Part shown: positions 63,602 through 64,000 of the stretch, piece by piece
How the letters are laid out: the number at the start of each line of letters is the position of its first letter
How positions within the stretch are numbered: position 1 is the stretch's first letter
DNA from: a virus
Direction: 5' to 3' (one strand)
Virus record (IMG/VR): IMGVR_UViG_3300037510_000657
Span: 15,013-79,012 of that record
Length of the DNA: 64,000 bases
Translations under genes and position numbers: made by a program
The notes under the pieces: model-generated
What the model saw: only the letters and a program-made list of their open reading frames with translations
Databases searched by the model: none
What the model was told of the DNA's origin: nothing

Positions 63602-63907
63602 CTACCGTTCGTTCAACAGCGGAACCCGCTGTCCAGATGCCTTGAGCCTGCGGAACTCGTCGAGCGGCAGCCCGGTGGCGCACGAGAAGCAGGCGATCCT
63701 ATCGGGATTGAGCTCGACCGAATCAGCGACGTCGAGCATACGATGGCAGTGGCAACACATCACGTTCGTCATGACGGGCTCCTGCGCCACCTCGACCTCG
63801 ACGATCTGCTGGGGCTCGTACTGCGGGGTACCGCACCTGTCGCACTTGCCGCTGGCGGCGATGGTCCCGTTGCACCCTCCCCAGATGCAGGCCTTGGGGT
63901 AGTTCAC
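63602..63907 (-). CDS. Multi-Zn-finger small protein
   Basis: Several CxxC pairs. Confidence 0.5.
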   Translation of the reverse strand: MNYPKACIWGGCNGTIAASGKCDRCGTPQYEPQQIVEVEVAQEPVMTNVMCCHCHRMLDVADSVELNPDRIACFSCATGLPLDEFRRLKASGQRVPLLNER

Positions 63908-64000
63908 GACTTCACCCGAGCCTTCCGCTTCCCGGCGCCGAGGAACCGCTCCATGATCCGAGCGACCTTGCTCTTGGTCTTCACGGGAGTGCCGATGTCG

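Noticed and set aside
1-64000. Stop-codon reassignment to explain read-through ORFs
   Set aside because: TAA, TAG and TGA all terminate well-supported genes, and the problem at the two sites is a missing stop, not premature ones.
1-64000. tRNA, rRNA, reverse transcriptase/DGR, integrase, terminase or portal genes
   Set aside because: No diagnostic motifs were recognised by eye; a tRNAscan/HMM run could still find missed cases.

Overview
This window is a high-GC fragment of a large tailed dsDNA phage with a contractile tail. No tRNA, rRNA, CRISPR array, integrase or transposase was recognised. The host may be a myxobacterium (inference from a stand-alone sigma54-EBP-type Fis HTH, the GC content and several lipoproteins). 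Bases 1-17908 (+) are a virion module: putative scaffold, capsid, neck, tail sheath and tail tube genes, plus low-complexity head-associated proteins rich in a K-x-A motif. Bases 17981-64000 are mostly minus-strand accessory cassettes of small hypothetical genes. Recognisable products there include a MoxR AAA+/VWA pair, a metallophosphoesterase, a C39-like peptidase, a DenV-like glycosylase, a GIY-YIG nuclease, an SGNH lipoprotein, a P-loop kinase and an AAA+ ATPase. Main signals found by reading the sequence: (1) an 18-copy fixed-spacing intergenic motif CAA-N16-G(A/G/T)(G/C)ATAAG(G), probably a phage-specific promoter, often paired with a conserved hairpin; (2) a double-glycine-leader peptide with a repeated GIGTSPS core, a motif that recurs in a gene next to the capsid gene, with a stand-alone C39-like peptidase elsewhere; (3) K-x-A as a candidate prohead-protease cleavage signal bounding glycine-zipper segments; (4) an ORF with DNA polymerase A motifs in scrambled order. 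All product calls come from motif recognition by eye, without database searches. Starts were refined from SD sites and overlaps and remain provisional.
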